Below, piece by piece: positions 1 to 10,319 of a stretch of DNA of 64,000 nt (its first letter is position 1; every line of letters starts with the position of its first letter). Where the stretch lies: contig CAJFNY010000134.1 of NCBI GenBank assembly GCA_904395865.1, positions 3,639 to 67,638 on the forward strand, written 5' to 3'. The notes under the pieces are model-generated. The model was not told the origin of the DNA. It did no database searches and worked only from the letters and a program-made list of their open reading frames with translations. The stretch is from an uncultured Oscillospiraceae bacterium (GTDB lineage: Bacteria > Bacillota > Clostridia > Oscillospirales > Oscillospiraceae). Position numbers and translations under genes: made by a program.

Positions 1-579
1 GGAGACGAGTGCGCCCAGCTCCACGCCCCAGAAGATGCCGGGCTTGCCCTGCATCCAGAAGAAGTCCAGGAACGTCATGTCGGCGAAGCCGCCCAGCAGG
101 ATGCTGGTGGTGTCGCCCACGAGGGTGGCGGCACCCTGCAGATTCGAGGAGACGGCAATGGCGATGAGCACCGGCACCGGGGAAATCTTCAGCTTCCGGG
201 AGATGGCCAGGCCCACCGGGGCAACCATCAGGACCGTCGCCACGTTGTCCACGAATGCGCTGATGATGCCGGCAAAGAGCGCCAGCGCCGTCACGGCCCA
301 CTTGACATTGGGCACCTTCGTGATGAGAATCTCCGCCAGCCGGGCCGGCATGCGGCTCTCAATGAACAGGGCCACGGTGCCCATGGTGCCGCCGATCATC
401 AGCAGGACGTTGTAATCCACGGCCTGCAGCGCGGACAGGACGCTCATATCGAACAGGCTGGAGACGTTGCCCAGGATGACGAAGATCAGGGCCGACGTCA
501 GTGCGATCCACGGGCGGTACTGCTGGAACGCCAGCATCAGCGCGTAGGTCACGAGGAACAGGATCAATGCGATCACCAT
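1..579 (-). CDS. ArsB/NhaD/SLC13-family ion transporter permease (runs off the window edge)
   Basis: My translation from ATG 579: MVIALILFLVTYALMLAF...DYNVLLMIGGTMG...SAFVDNVATVLMVAP...SSNLQGAATLVGDTTSILL. Hydrophobic, with IT-superfamily motifs (DNV..., N.GG.AT.VGD). Confidence 0.8.
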   Translation of the reverse strand, partial: MVIALILFLVTYALMLAFQQYRPWIALTSALIFVILGNVSSLFDMSVLSALQAVDYNVLLMIGGTMGTVALFIESRMPARLAEILITKVPNVKWAVTALALFAGIISAFVDNVATVLMVAPVGLAISRKLKISPVPVLIAIAVSSNLQGAATLVGDTTSILLGGFADMTFLDFFWMQGKPGIFWGVELGALVS

Positions 580-745
580 AGTTTCTGCTCACACTCTCTT
601 TCTTTGGAAAACTTTTTTCACTATAGCACATGTGAGCGGAGAAGTCCGTAAAGAAGTCGTTCAAATTTGTCTCCCGCGGTCGACGCCGAAAAAAGCGGCG
701 CGCCGGATGCAGCCGCTGCATACGCTGGAGGGGAGGGATGATACG

Positions 746-997
746 ATGTACGACTGTTTGATTACGTTCCGGTCCATCACCCGTGCACAGCGCGGGCAGG
801 AGCTGCTGGAACGGATTGGCATTTCCTGCGGCCTGCACCGCACGCCGTCGCTGCTGGCGCAGCAGGGCTGCGGCTACGCCGTGTCGCTGCCGTCGGCGCA
901 GGCGCGTACGGCGCGGGAGGCGCTGCGGCAGAATGAAATCCAGTTTCAGCGGGTCTATCTCCGCGAAAGCGGCGTGTATCGGGAGCTGAGCCTATGA
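746..997 (+). CDS. DUF3343 family putative Se/S carrier-like protein
   Basis: MYDCLITFRSITRAQ...RTPSLLAQQGCGYAV pattern; GGGAGG RBS upstream; ATGA overlap with the desulfurase gene. Confidence 0.75.
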   Translation: MYDCLITFRSITRAQRGQELLERIGISCGLHRTPSLLAQQGCGYAVSLPSAQARTAREALRQNEIQFQRVYLRESGVYRELSL

Positions 998-2127
998 TCT
1001 ATCTGGACAATGCCGCCACCACCCTGCGCAAGCCGCCCCAGGTGGCCGCCGCAGTTATGCAGGCAATGGAGCAGCTCGCCTCGCCGGGCCGCGGCGGCTA
1101 TCCGGCGGCCATGGCGGCTGCCGACGCGGTGTACGGCTGCCGGAAGCTGGCCGCAGAGCTGCTGGGGGCCCGGCCGGAGCAGGTGGTGTTCACGATGAAC
1201 GCCACCCACGGCCTGAATCTTGCCATCAAAACGCTCGTGGAACCAGGCGACCGGGTGGTGGTTTCCGGCTTCGAGCACAACGCCGTCATGCGGCCGCTGC
1301 ACGGCCTGCGGGCGCGGGTGACGGTGGCGGGCCGGAAGCTGTTCGACCCGGAGGATACGCTCCGGGCCATGGCTGAAGCCATTGCCGCCGGGCCGAAGGC
1401 CGTGATCTGCACCCACGTCTCCAACGTGTTCGGCTACCGGCTCCCGGTGGAGGAGATCGCACGCCTCTGCCGGCGGCACGATGTCCCGCTGATCGTTGAC
1501 GCGGCCCAGTCGGCCGGAACGCTGCCGGTCTCCCTGGAGAAATGGGGCGCCGTCTTCGTGGCCATGCCCGGCCACAAGGGGCTGTACGGGCCGCAGGGAA
1601 CCGGCATGCTCCTGTGCGGCCGCAGCGTCCGGCCATTGCTGGAGGGCGGCACCGGCAGCCAGTCCCGCTGCTTCGCCATGCCGGAGGAGCTGCCTGACCG
1701 CGGCGAGGCCGGCACCCACAATGTGCCGGGCATCTGCGGCCTGGCGGCAGGCCTCCGGTTCGTGCTGGAGCAGGGGACGGAGGAGATCCTGCGGCGGGAA
1801 CGGCGGCTGCTGGAGGACTTCTGCTGCCGGCTGTCGGCCATGGAGCACGTGCGCTGCTTTACCGGCCCCGGCCAGACGGGGGTCCTGTCGCTGCAGGTCC
1901 GCGGCATGGACTGCGAGGCAGCGGCCGAGGCGCTGGCCCGGCAGGACGTTGCCGTCCGCGCCGGCCTGCACTGCGCGCCGCTGGCCCATGAGAGTGCCGG
2001 CACCCTCGGGACGGGGACGGTGCGCCTGAGCCTCTCGGCGCTGACCACGGCGTCGGAACTCCGCCAGGCCGCCGAGGCGGTGGCCCGGCTGAAAGCTGAA
2101 CCGGCTTTCCAAAATCTTACCGGTTGA
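994..2127 (+). CDS. Cysteine desulfurase-like PLP enzyme (aminotransferase class V)
   Basis: IYLDNAATT start, DAAQSAG, PGHKGLYGPQG PLP lysine, RAGLHCAP catalytic Cys. Confidence 0.9.
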   Translation: MIYLDNAATTLRKPPQVAAAVMQAMEQLASPGRGGYPAAMAAADAVYGCRKLAAELLGARPEQVVFTMNATHGLNLAIKTLVEPGDRVVVSGFEHNAVMRPLHGLRARVTVAGRKLFDPEDTLRAMAEAIAAGPKAVICTHVSNVFGYRLPVEEIARLCRRHDVPLIVDAAQSAGTLPVSLEKWGAVFVAMPGHKGLYGPQGTGMLLCGRSVRPLLEGGTGSQSRCFAMPEELPDRGEAGTHNVPGICGLAAGLRFVLEQGTEEILRRERRLLEDFCCRLSAMEHVRCFTGPGQTGVLSLQVRGMDCEAAAEALARQDVAVRAGLHCAPLAHESAGTLGTGTVRLSLSALTTASELRQAAEAVARLKAEPAFQNLTG

Positions 2128-2130
2128 GAC

Positions 2131-2159
2131 TTGCTATCGGGGGCGTTTTGGAGTATAAT
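2131..2159 (+). promoter_or_regulatory. SigA-type promoter of cdaA
   Basis: TTGCTA-17-TATAAT. Confidence 0.65.
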
Positions 2160-2195
2160 TAACAAAATTGATGCGCTGCGGGAGAGGGGAATTTC

Positions 2196-3065
2196 ATGCC
2201 GACCACCCTGTTCAACAGTTTTCTGACGTCGCTTGCTACAATTAAATTCACCGACGTGCTGGACATCCTGGTGGTTGCGTTCCTGATCTACAGGGTCATT
2301 ATCATGATTCGCTCCACCCGGGCGTCGCGCATTGCCAAGAGCATTGTGCTGCTGCTGGTGGCCACCTGGGTGACCGGGCTGGCCCACATGTATTCGCTGA
2401 ACTTTATCCTCAGCCGGATCCTGGAGCTGGGCTTCATTGCGCTGGTCATCATGTTCCAGCCGGAGCTCCGCAACTTCCTGGAGAAGATGGGCAGCCGTTC
2501 CATCAAGGAGATCCTCGGCGGCAAGGAGGAGGAGCGGCCCATGAGCGCCGCCGTCACCGCCGTCGTCACCGCCTGCGAGAGCATGTCCAAGTCCCGCACC
2601 GGCGCGCTGATCGTCTTCGAGCGGAAGATCCTGCTGGATGAGTATTTCAAGACCGGCACGCTCCTCGACGCCATCGTGTCCGATGAGCTGCTGCGCAACC
2701 TCTTCTTCACGAAGGCTGCCCTGCACGACGGCGCAGTCATCATCCGCCAGGCGCGGATCGCTGCGGCCGGCTGCGTGCTGCCCCTCTCGGAGAACACGCA
2801 TCTGAGCAGCGATCTCGGCACGCGTCACCGCGCCGGCATTGGCATGAGCGAGTCGTCCGACGCGGTGGTGGTGATCGTCTCCGAGGAGACGGGCACCATC
2901 TCGGTGGCGGTGGGCGGCATGCTCAAGCGGCATCTGGCGCCCAGGACGCTGGAGCGGCTCCTGATGAACGAGCTGGTGGCCGATCAGGGCGAGCAGCGGC
3001 CAGCCAGGCTGTACGACCGTCTGGTGCGCCTGTTTTCCAAAAAAGGAGAAAAGCATGAGAAATAA
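2196..3065 (+). CDS. cdaA: Diadenylate cyclase CdaA
   Basis: Three N-terminal TM helices, FQPELR, LHDGAV and LGTRHRA DAC motifs, VSEETG. Confidence 0.95.
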   Translation: MPTTLFNSFLTSLATIKFTDVLDILVVAFLIYRVIIMIRSTRASRIAKSIVLLLVATWVTGLAHMYSLNFILSRILELGFIALVIMFQPELRNFLEKMGSRSIKEILGGKEEERPMSAAVTAVVTACESMSKSRTGALIVFERKILLDEYFKTGTLLDAIVSDELLRNLFFTKAALHDGAVIIRQARIAAAGCVLPLSENTHLSSDLGTRHRAGIGMSESSDAVVVIVSEETGTISVAVGGMLKRHLAPRTLERLLMNELVADQGEQRPARLYDRLVRLFSKKGEKHEK

Positions 3066-4302
3066 GCTGCTGTCCATTGCGGTGGCCCTGCTGGCCTCCT
3101 TTGTCCTGTGGCTGTACGTGGTGACTGTGGTCAACCAGGAGGTCACGAACGAGCCCATTGATGACATCGTCGTGACCTTTTCCGGGGCCGATCAGATCCG
3201 TGAGGACTACAATCTCGTCATTACAGAGGGCGCCGAGGCCACGGTGGATCTGCGTGTGACGTGCAGCCGCCAGACGCGGACGCGCCTCTCCTCCAGCAAC
3301 ATCTCCGTCGTGGTGGACGTGTCCCGCATCCGTGAGCCGGGAGAGTACACGCTCGACTATACGATCGTTTATCCCAACGGCGTTGCCAACAGCGACGTCA
3401 CCGCCCGTGGCACGCCGCAGCGGATCTCCATCACCGTCGAACGGTTCACCAGCAAGACGGTCCAGGTGCGCGGCGTTCTGTCCGGCTCCGTGGCGGAAGG
3501 GTATTACGCTGCAGCCATGGAGTGCTCGCCCAATGAGATCACGCTGGAGGGGCCGGAGTCCCTGATCGATCAGGTCAGCTACGCCCAGGTGGTCATCGAC
3601 GAGGCAAACCTGACGGAGACTGTGGTGCAGAACTGCGAGTACACGCTCATCGACGGCGACGGCAATCCGCTGGAGAATGCGTACGTTACCGCCACCAGCA
3701 ATGGCGTGTCCGTGGAGACCATTGAGGTCCGCCAGCCGGTGCTGCGGATGAAGGACGTGCCGCTGACCATCGAATTCCTGGAGGGCGGCGGCCTCACCAG
3801 CGACGACATGATCTGGAACTGTGAGCCGACCGTCGTCACCGTGGCCGGTGAGCCGGATCTGCTGGAGACGATCAACAGCATCACCGTTGCGCAGTTCGAC
3901 CTGCGCACGCTGACCGAGAGCATCTCCGAGGATATGCCCGTGACGCTGCCCAACGGCCTCGTGAACGTGCGGGAGCTGGAGTCGGTGCGCGTGAACGTCA
4001 GCATCAACACCAACCGTGTAGCCACAGACACCGTCCGCATCACGGATTTCGTGGTGATCAATGAGCCTGACGGCCTGACGGCCGACGTCATGACGGTGCA
4101 GCTGTCCGTAACCATCCGCGGCCCCGTGGACGAGGTCGACCAGATCGACGCTTCGGACATTCGGGCGGTGGTGGACGTGGACGGACTGAGCGAGGGGACG
4201 CAGAGCGTCCCGGTGACGATTGAAATTGCCGGCAGCACCGGTGTGGCCGCCATCGGCGACTACAGCGCCGCCGTAAACCTGACGCAGGAGAGCGCAGAGT
4301 AG
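3055..4302 (+). CDS. cdaR: CdaR/YbbR-domain regulator of CdaA
   Basis: N-terminal TM (LWLYV), repeated beta-rich YbbR-like units, overlaps the cdaA stop. Confidence 0.85.
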   Translation: MRNKLLSIAVALLASFVLWLYVVTVVNQEVTNEPIDDIVVTFSGADQIREDYNLVITEGAEATVDLRVTCSRQTRTRLSSSNISVVVDVSRIREPGEYTLDYTIVYPNGVANSDVTARGTPQRISITVERFTSKTVQVRGVLSGSVAEGYYAAAMECSPNEITLEGPESLIDQVSYAQVVIDEANLTETVVQNCEYTLIDGDGNPLENAYVTATSNGVSVETIEVRQPVLRMKDVPLTIEFLEGGGLTSDDMIWNCEPTVVTVAGEPDLLETINSITVAQFDLRTLTESISEDMPVTLPNGLVNVRELESVRVNVSINTNRVATDTVRITDFVVINEPDGLTADVMTVQLSVTIRGPVDEVDQIDASDIRAVVDVDGLSEGTQSVPVTIEIAGSTGVAAIGDYSAAVNLTQESAE

Positions 4303-4379
4303 CTGCCGGGCTCCGATGCGGCCTGCGCCGCCGTTCCGGCTGCGCAGGCCGCCCTGCCAGACAGGAGGAGGAATGGTCA

Positions 4380-5258
4380 GTGATCAAGAGCATGACCGGC
4401 TTCGGCCGGGCTGTGGAAACGCGGAACGGCCGGGAGATTACGGTGGAGATCCGCGCCGTGAACAACCGGTATCTGGACTGCGGCGTGAAGCTGCCGCGGC
4501 TGTACGTCTTTGCCGAGGATGCGCTGAAGCAGCGGGTCAAGGCTTCGGTGGCCCGCGGCAAGGTGGATGTCTTTGTGAGCATTGCCAGCGCCGGCACCGC
4601 GCCGGTGGAGATCTCCCTGAACCGGCCGGTTCTGGAGGGGTATCTGGCGGCCATGCGGGCAGCCGTGGCGGAGTATGGGGTTCAGGATGACATCTCCGTC
4701 TCCACCCTGTCCCGCCTGCCGGACATCTTCCTGGTGGAGAAGGCGGAGACCGACGAGGCGCAGCTGACGGCGGACCTGACGGCCGTTCTGGACCGCGCGC
4801 TGGAGGCGTTCGACGCCATGCGCACCGCGGAGGGACAGGCCATGGAGCGCGACCTGCGCAGCCGCGCGGAGACGATCCGCGCTCTGGTGGCAAAGGTGGA
4901 GGCCCGCAGCCCCGTCACCCTGGCGGAGTACCGGGCCCGGCTGACGGCCAAGCTGCAGGAGGTCCTGGAGAATCAGAATCTGGACGAGAGCCGCATCCTC
5001 ACGGAGGCTGCCGTCTACGCCGACCGGATTGCCGTGGACGAGGAGACCGTCCGCCTGCGCAGCCACCTGGCCCAGATGGAGTCCATGCTGGACGCCGGCG
5101 GCGCCATCGGCCGGAAGCTGGACTTCCTGCTGCAGGAGATGAACCGGGAGGCCAATACCATCGGCTCCAAGGGCAACGACCTGGAGCAGGCCCGCACGGT
5201 TGTGGAGATCAAGGCAGAGCTTGAGAAAATCCGCGAGCAGATTCAGAACATCGAGTGA
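4380..5258 (+). CDS. yicC: YicC/YloC family endoribonuclease
   Basis: SMTGFGR start, [37 protein letters not shown] end. Confidence 0.95.
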   Translation: MIKSMTGFGRAVETRNGREITVEIRAVNNRYLDCGVKLPRLYVFAEDALKQRVKASVARGKVDVFVSIASAGTAPVEISLNRPVLEGYLAAMRAAVAEYGVQDDISVSTLSRLPDIFLVEKAETDEAQLTADLTAVLDRALEAFDAMRTAEGQAMERDLRSRAETIRALVAKVEARSPVTLAEYRARLTAKLQEVLENQNLDESRILTEAAVYADRIAVDEETVRLRSHLAQMESMLDAGGAIGRKLDFLLQEMNREANTIGSKGNDLEQARTVVEIKAELEKIREQIQNIE

Positions 5259-5269
5259 CGGAGGGCAAT

Positions 5270-5539
5270 ATGAAGCTCATCAACATAGGATTCGGCAATA
5301 TGGTCTCGTCCAGCCGGCTGATTGCCATCGTCTCTCCCGAGTCGGCGCCCATCAAGCGGATCATCCAGGAGGCGCGGGACCGGGGCATGCTCATCGACGC
5401 CACGTACGGCCGGCGCACCCGGGCCGTGCTGATTATGGACACCGACCACGTGATCCTCTCGGCCATCCTGCCGGAGACCGTGGCCGGGCGGATGAACGAC
5501 CGGGCGGATACCGTGGAAGAGGAGGTTGAGGAGGCGTGA
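5270..5539 (+). CDS. remA: RemA (DUF370) regulator
   Basis: [25 protein letters not shown]; conserved position between yicC and gmk. Confidence 0.92.
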   Translation: MKLINIGFGNMVSSSRLIAIVSPESAPIKRIIQEARDRGMLIDATYGRRTRAVLIMDTDHVILSAILPETVAGRMNDRADTVEEEVEEA

Positions 5540-6135
5540 ACAGGGGAAAACTTTATGTGCTGTCCGGCCCCTCGGGAGTCGGCAAGAGTACGGCGGTCCA
5601 CGAGGTGATGCGCCGCCATCCGACGCTGCGCTTTTCCGTCTCGGTGACGACCCGGGAGATGCGCCCCGGCGAGGTGGACGGGGAGAGCTACTACTTCATC
5701 TCCCGCCAGCGCTTCCGGGAGATGCTGGAGAACGATGAACTGCTGGAGCACGCGGAGTACGTGGGCAACTGCTACGGGACGCCCGAGGAGCCCATCAACC
5801 GCATGCTGGAGCAGGGCATCGACGTGCTGCTGGACATCGAGCCGTGCGGCGCGCTGCAGGTGCAGCAGCGCCGGCCCGACGCCACGCTGATCTTCATGGC
5901 CGCACCGTCCTTCTCCGAGATCGAGCGGCGGCTCCGCGGCCGGGGCGACACCCAGCCCGACAAGATCACCGCCCGCCTGGCCCGGGCGCGCTGGGAGTAC
6001 CAGCAGGCGGAGAAATACGACTACATCGTCGTCAACGACGACGTGGACCACGCCGCCAGGGAGATCGAAGCGATCATGCTGGCGGAGAAGTGCAGGGCCG
6101 CCCTGCGCCTGAACTATCTGAAGGAGGAACTCTGA
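5536..6135 (+). CDS. gmk: Guanylate kinase
   Basis: [10 protein letters not shown]-loop, [19 protein letters not shown]. Confidence 0.96.
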   Translation: MNRGKLYVLSGPSGVGKSTAVHEVMRRHPTLRFSVSVTTREMRPGEVDGESYYFISRQRFREMLENDELLEHAEYVGNCYGTPEEPINRMLEQGIDVLLDIEPCGALQVQQRRPDATLIFMAAPSFSEIERRLRGRGDTQPDKITARLARARWEYQQAEKYDYIVVNDDVDHAAREIEAIMLAEKCRAALRLNYLKEEL

Positions 6136-6136
6136 C

Positions 6137-6343
6137 ATGCTTTACCCCCCCATGAGCGAGCTGCTCAAGCACATTGACAGCCGCTATCTTCTCGTGAACG
6201 TGGTGGCCCACCGCGCCCGGCAGATCTCCATCGAAGCCGAGAAGCACCACGAGCCGCTGACCGAAAAGCCGGTGACACTGGCCATCCGCGAGGTGGCCAA
6301 CGGCGAGCTGACCGCCTCGGTCAAAGAGGCATATCTGGCGTGA
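6137..6343 (+). CDS. rpoZ: RNA polymerase omega subunit
   Basis: SRYLLVNVVAHRARQI, KPVTLAIREV; follows gmk. Confidence 0.93.
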   Translation: MLYPPMSELLKHIDSRYLLVNVVAHRARQISIEAEKHHEPLTEKPVTLAIREVANGELTASVKEAYLA

Positions 6344-6402
6344 GACGGACTCTCAAGGCGCAGGCGCGGACCGCCTACGCCTTGAACGTGCTTTAAGGGG
6401 GA

Positions 6403-8847
6403 TTGCGATTGATTGCCCAGACGGCCGTCGCTGCGGCAGTGTTCGCCATTGACAAGCCGTACTCCTATCGCATTCCGGAGGGCATGGCCGTGGCGCCGGG
6501 CATGCGGGTGACGGTCCCCTTCGGCCGCGGCAACCGCCGCACCGAGGCCATCGTCCTCCAGTGTCAGCCCGGCAGCGGTGAGGAGCTCAAGTGCATCGAC
6601 CAGGTGCTGGACGATGCGCCGGTGCTGGACGACGCGGGCCTGCGGCTGGCGGCGTTCGTCCGGGAGCGGTACTTCTGCACGTACTACGAGGCCGTCAAAG
6701 CCATGCTGCCGGCGGGCCTCTGGTATGAGACCGTGGAGCGGTTCACCATCGTGCCGGACGTGGACTGGCGGACGGCCGCGCGGCGGCGCCCTGAGGCGCT
6801 GCGCGTCATGGAGCGCCTGGAGGAGATGGGCGGTGCGGCCGACTACCCGTGGCTGCGCCGGCAGTCCCAAGACGAGGAGGCGCTCCAGTCGGCGCTCCGG
6901 TACCTGACGGGCAAGAAGCTGCTGCAGACGGACTCGGAGCGATTTCGCCGCGCCTCGGACAAGACGGAGCGCCTGGCGGAGCTGGCCGTGCCGGCGGAGG
7001 AGGCGGCGGCCTGGGCTGCCGCCCGGCGCCGTTCCGCGCCGGTGCAGGCGGCGGTGCTGGAGCTGCTCAGTGCGGCCGGCGGCAGCAGCACGAAGGAGCT
7101 CTGCTACTTCACCGGCGCCACGGCCGCCACGCTCCGGCGTCTGGAGCAACTGGGGCTCCTGGCAATGCGCGAGGTGCCGGCCTTGCGCCGGACGCCGCTG
7201 CGGCCGGCGCAGGTGGAGCCGATCACCCTGACGGCCGAGCAGCAGGCGGCTTACGACCGCCTCTGTGCCCAGTGGGACGGCGAAAAGCCCGGCGCGGCGC
7301 TGCTGTACGGCGTCACCGGCAGCGGCAAGACGATGGTCTATCTGAAGCTGATTGAGCGCTGCCTGGCCCGCGGCGCCAGCGCGCTGCTGCTGGTGCCGGA
7401 GATCGGCCTGACGCCGCAGCTGGTGAGCCTGCTGGCCGGCCACTTCGGCGAGCAGGTGGCCGTGCTCCACAGCCGGCTGCGGGTGGGGGAGCGGTACGAC
7501 GCTTGGAAGCGCATCCGCGACGGCGGCGCCCGCGTGGTGGTGGGAACCCGCTCGGCGGTGTTCGCCCCGCTGGTCAGGCCGGGACTGCTGATCGTCGACG
7601 AGGAGCAGGAGCACACGTACCAGTCGGAGAATGCTCCGCGGTACCACGCCCGGGACGTGGCCCTCTGGCGCGGCATGCGGGAGGGCGCGCTCGTCGTCAT
7701 GGGCTCGGCCACCCCGTCGGTGGAGACCATGTACCGCGCCCAGCAGGGCATCTGGCAGCTCTGCCGCCTGCCCTCCCGGTACAACGGCCGCGCGCTGCCG
7801 CCGGTGGAGATCGTGGACATGAAGGAGGAGCTGCGCGCCGGCAACGGCGGCGCCATCAGCGCGCCGCTGGCCGCAGCCCTGCGGGAGACCGTGGATGCCG
7901 GCCGGCAGGCCATCCTCTTCCTGAACCGCCGCGGCGCCAGCCGGCTGCTGGTCTGCGTCCAGTGCGGCGGCGTGCCCCAGTGCCCGCGCTGCAGCGTCCA
8001 CATGACGTACCACGCGGCCAATGGCCGGCTCATGTGCCACTACTGCGGCCACTCCGAGCCGGCGCCGGAGGCCTGCCCCGACTGCGGCGGCCCGCTGAAG
8101 CCCGTGGGCTTCGGCACCCAGCGGGTGGAGGAGCAGCTCCGGGCGCTGCTGCCCGGCCGGAAAATCCTGCGGATGGACGCCGACACGGTCAGTGCCGTCC
8201 ACAGCCACGAGCAGCTGCTGGAGCGGTTTGAGCGGGAGCGCATCCCCGTGCTGGTGGGGACACAGATGGTGGCCAAGGGGCTGAACTTCCCCAACGTGAC
8301 GCTGGTGGGCGTGCTGGATGCCGACATGTCCCTGTACGTGGAGAGCTTCCGCGCCGCGGAGACGACGTTTTCCATGCTGACCCAGGTGGTGGGCCGCTCC
8401 GGCCGCGGCAGCGCCCAGGGGCGCGCCATTATCCAGACCATGACGCCGGAGCATCCGGTGATCCAGCTTGCGGCCCGCCAGGACTACGACCGGTTTTACG
8501 CCATGGAGGTGGCCCTGCGGCAGCTGCGCGGCTGCCCGCCGTTCCGGAGCGTGATGGTGTTCCACTTCTCCGGCCTCTTTGAGGAGCGCGTGGCCGACGG
8601 CGCCCGGCTGTTCCGGGCGATGCTGGTGGAGCAGCTGCAGCGGCCCGGCGCCCCGGCCATGACGGTGCTGGGGCCGGCGCCGGCTCCGGTGGCCCGGGTC
8701 AACAACCGCTTCCGGTACCGGCTGACCATCAGCTGCGACAACACGCGGCCCGTGCGCCGGCTGCTGGCCGCGCTGCTGCGGCAGTTCGCGGCCGACGGCC
8801 GCGCCCGCGGCGTTACAGCATACGTGGATACGAATCCCTACGACTGA
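6403..8847 (+). CDS. priA: Primosomal protein N' helicase
   Basis: GVTGSGKT, VPEIGLTPQ, DEEQE, two CxxC-pair Zn sites, GTQMVAKGLNFP. Confidence 0.96.
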   Translation: MRLIAQTAVAAAVFAIDKPYSYRIPEGMAVAPGMRVTVPFGRGNRRTEAIVLQCQPGSGEELKCIDQVLDDAPVLDDAGLRLAAFVRERYFCTYYEAVKAMLPAGLWYETVERFTIVPDVDWRTAARRRPEALRVMERLEEMGGAADYPWLRRQSQDEEALQSALRYLTGKKLLQTDSERFRRASDKTERLAELAVPAEEAAAWAAARRRSAPVQAAVLELLSAAGGSSTKELCYFTGATAATLRRLEQLGLLAMREVPALRRTPLRPAQVEPITLTAEQQAAYDRLCAQWDGEKPGAALLYGVTGSGKTMVYLKLIERCLARGASALLLVPEIGLTPQLVSLLAGHFGEQVAVLHSRLRVGERYDAWKRIRDGGARVVVGTRSAVFAPLVRPGLLIVDEEQEHTYQSENAPRYHARDVALWRGMREGALVVMGSATPSVETMYRAQQGIWQLCRLPSRYNGRALPPVEIVDMKEELRAGNGGAISAPLAAALRETVDAGRQAILFLNRRGASRLLVCVQCGGVPQCPRCSVHMTYHAANGRLMCHYCGHSEPAPEACPDCGGPLKPVGFGTQRVEEQLRALLPGRKILRMDADTVSAVHSHEQLLERFERERIPVLVGTQMVAKGLNFPNVTLVGVLDADMSLYVESFRAAETTFSMLTQVVGRSGRGSAQGRAIIQTMTPEHPVIQLAARQDYDRFYAMEVALRQLRGCPPFRSVMVFHFSGLFEERVADGARLFRAMLVEQLQRPGAPAMTVLGPAPAPVARVNNRFRYRLTISCDNTRPVRRLLAALLRQFAADGRARGVTAYVDTNPYD

Positions 8848-8884
8848 CAACGATGACGCCGGTGACGGCGATGGAGGTTATCAC

Positions 8885-9379
8885 ATGGCACTGAGAAACA
8901 TTCTGGTGGAGGGCGACCCCACCCTGGGCAAGGTCTCCCGGAAAGTGACGAAATTTGACGCCCGGCTCCATGAGCTGCTGGACGACATGGTCGAGACGCT
9001 GCACGACGCCAACGGTGCCGGCCTGGCCGCGCCGCAGGTGGGCGTCCTGCGGCGGGTGGTCGTGGTGGACACCGGCGACGGCGTCCTGGAGCTGGTGAAT
9101 CCGGAGATCCTGGAGACCAGCGGCGAGCAGACGGGGCTGGAAGGCTGCCTGAGCGTTCCCGGGAAATGGGGACTCGTGACCCGCCCGGCCGTCGTCCGGG
9201 TCCGGGCCCAGGACCGGGACGGCAACTGGTACGAGGTGGAGGGCGAGGAGATGACGGCCCGCGCCTTCTGCCACGAGATCGACCATCTGGACGGCCATCT
9301 TTACACCGAGAAGGTGGACCGCTTCCTGACGGAGGAGGAGCTGGCCGAGCTGCTGACCGACGAGGGGGAGGACGCCTGA
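8885..9379 (+). CDS. def: Peptide deformylase
   Basis: GAGLAAPQVG, EGCLS, HEIDHLDG. Confidence 0.97.
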   Translation: MALRNILVEGDPTLGKVSRKVTKFDARLHELLDDMVETLHDANGAGLAAPQVGVLRRVVVVDTGDGVLELVNPEILETSGEQTGLEGCLSVPGKWGLVTRPAVVRVRAQDRDGNWYEVEGEEMTARAFCHEIDHLDGHLYTEKVDRFLTEEELAELLTDEGEDA

Positions 9380-10296
9380 TGCGCATCGTGTTCATGGGGA
9401 CGCCGTCCATTGCCGCCACGTGCCTGCGCCGGCTCTGTGAGGACGGCCGGGAGGTGGTCGGCGTCTACACGAAGCCGGACACGCCGAAGAACCGCGGCAT
9501 GAAGCTGGCCATGAGTGAGGTCAAGACGTACGCGCTGTCCCGGAATCTGCCGGTGTTTCAGCCGGCCACGTTCCGGGAGGACGCGGCGGTGGAGGAGCTG
9601 CGGGCCCTGCGGCCCGACGTGATCCTCGTGGTGGCCTACGGGAAGATCCTGCCCCAGCGGGTGCTGGACATCCCGCCTCTGGGCTGCATCAACATTCACG
9701 CCAGCATCCTGCCGGCCCTGCGGGGCTCCGGTCCCATCCAGTGGGCCATTCTCAACGGCCTGGACGAGACCGGCGTCACGGCCATGTATATGGCGGCGGA
9801 GATGGACGCCGGCGACATCATCGAGATCCGGAAAACGCCCATCGCCCCCCTGGAGACGGCCGGCGAGCTGATGGACCGGCTGGCCGTCATCGGCGCGGAG
9901 CTGCTGACGGAGACCGTCTCCCGCCTGGCCGACGGCACCGTCACCCGGACGCCCCAGGACCCCGCCGGCGTCACCTTCGCGCCCATGCTCACCAAGGACA
10001 TGGCGCCCATTGACTGGAGCGGCACGCCGCGCCAGATCGTCGACCACGTCCGCGGCCTGAGCCCGTGGCCGGTGGCCACGGCGGAGCTGGCCGGCCGCCG
10101 TTTCAAGATCCACCGGGTGGAGTACACCGACGCCGCCACCGACGCCGCGCCGGGGACGCTGCTGTCCCTGGACAAGCGGGGCCTCAATGTGGCCTGCGGC
10201 GGCGGCCGCGTCGTCTGCATCACACAGCTGCAGGCCGAGGGCGGCAGGCGCATGGCCGCCCCGGACTACTTCCGGGGCCATCCCATCTCCCTGTAA
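9379..10296 (+). CDS. fmt: Methionyl-tRNA formyltransferase
   Basis: MRIVFMGTP, INIHASILP, DAGDII; start overlaps the def stop. Confidence 0.96.
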   Translation: MRIVFMGTPSIAATCLRRLCEDGREVVGVYTKPDTPKNRGMKLAMSEVKTYALSRNLPVFQPATFREDAAVEELRALRPDVILVVAYGKILPQRVLDIPPLGCINIHASILPALRGSGPIQWAILNGLDETGVTAMYMAAEMDAGDIIEIRKTPIAPLETAGELMDRLAVIGAELLTETVSRLADGTVTRTPQDPAGVTFAPMLTKDMAPIDWSGTPRQIVDHVRGLSPWPVATAELAGRRFKIHRVEYTDAATDAAPGTLLSLDKRGLNVACGGGRVVCITQLQAEGGRRMAAPDYFRGHPISL

Positions 10297-10319
10297 CGCA
10301 TTCCAGAAAGGAGCACACC

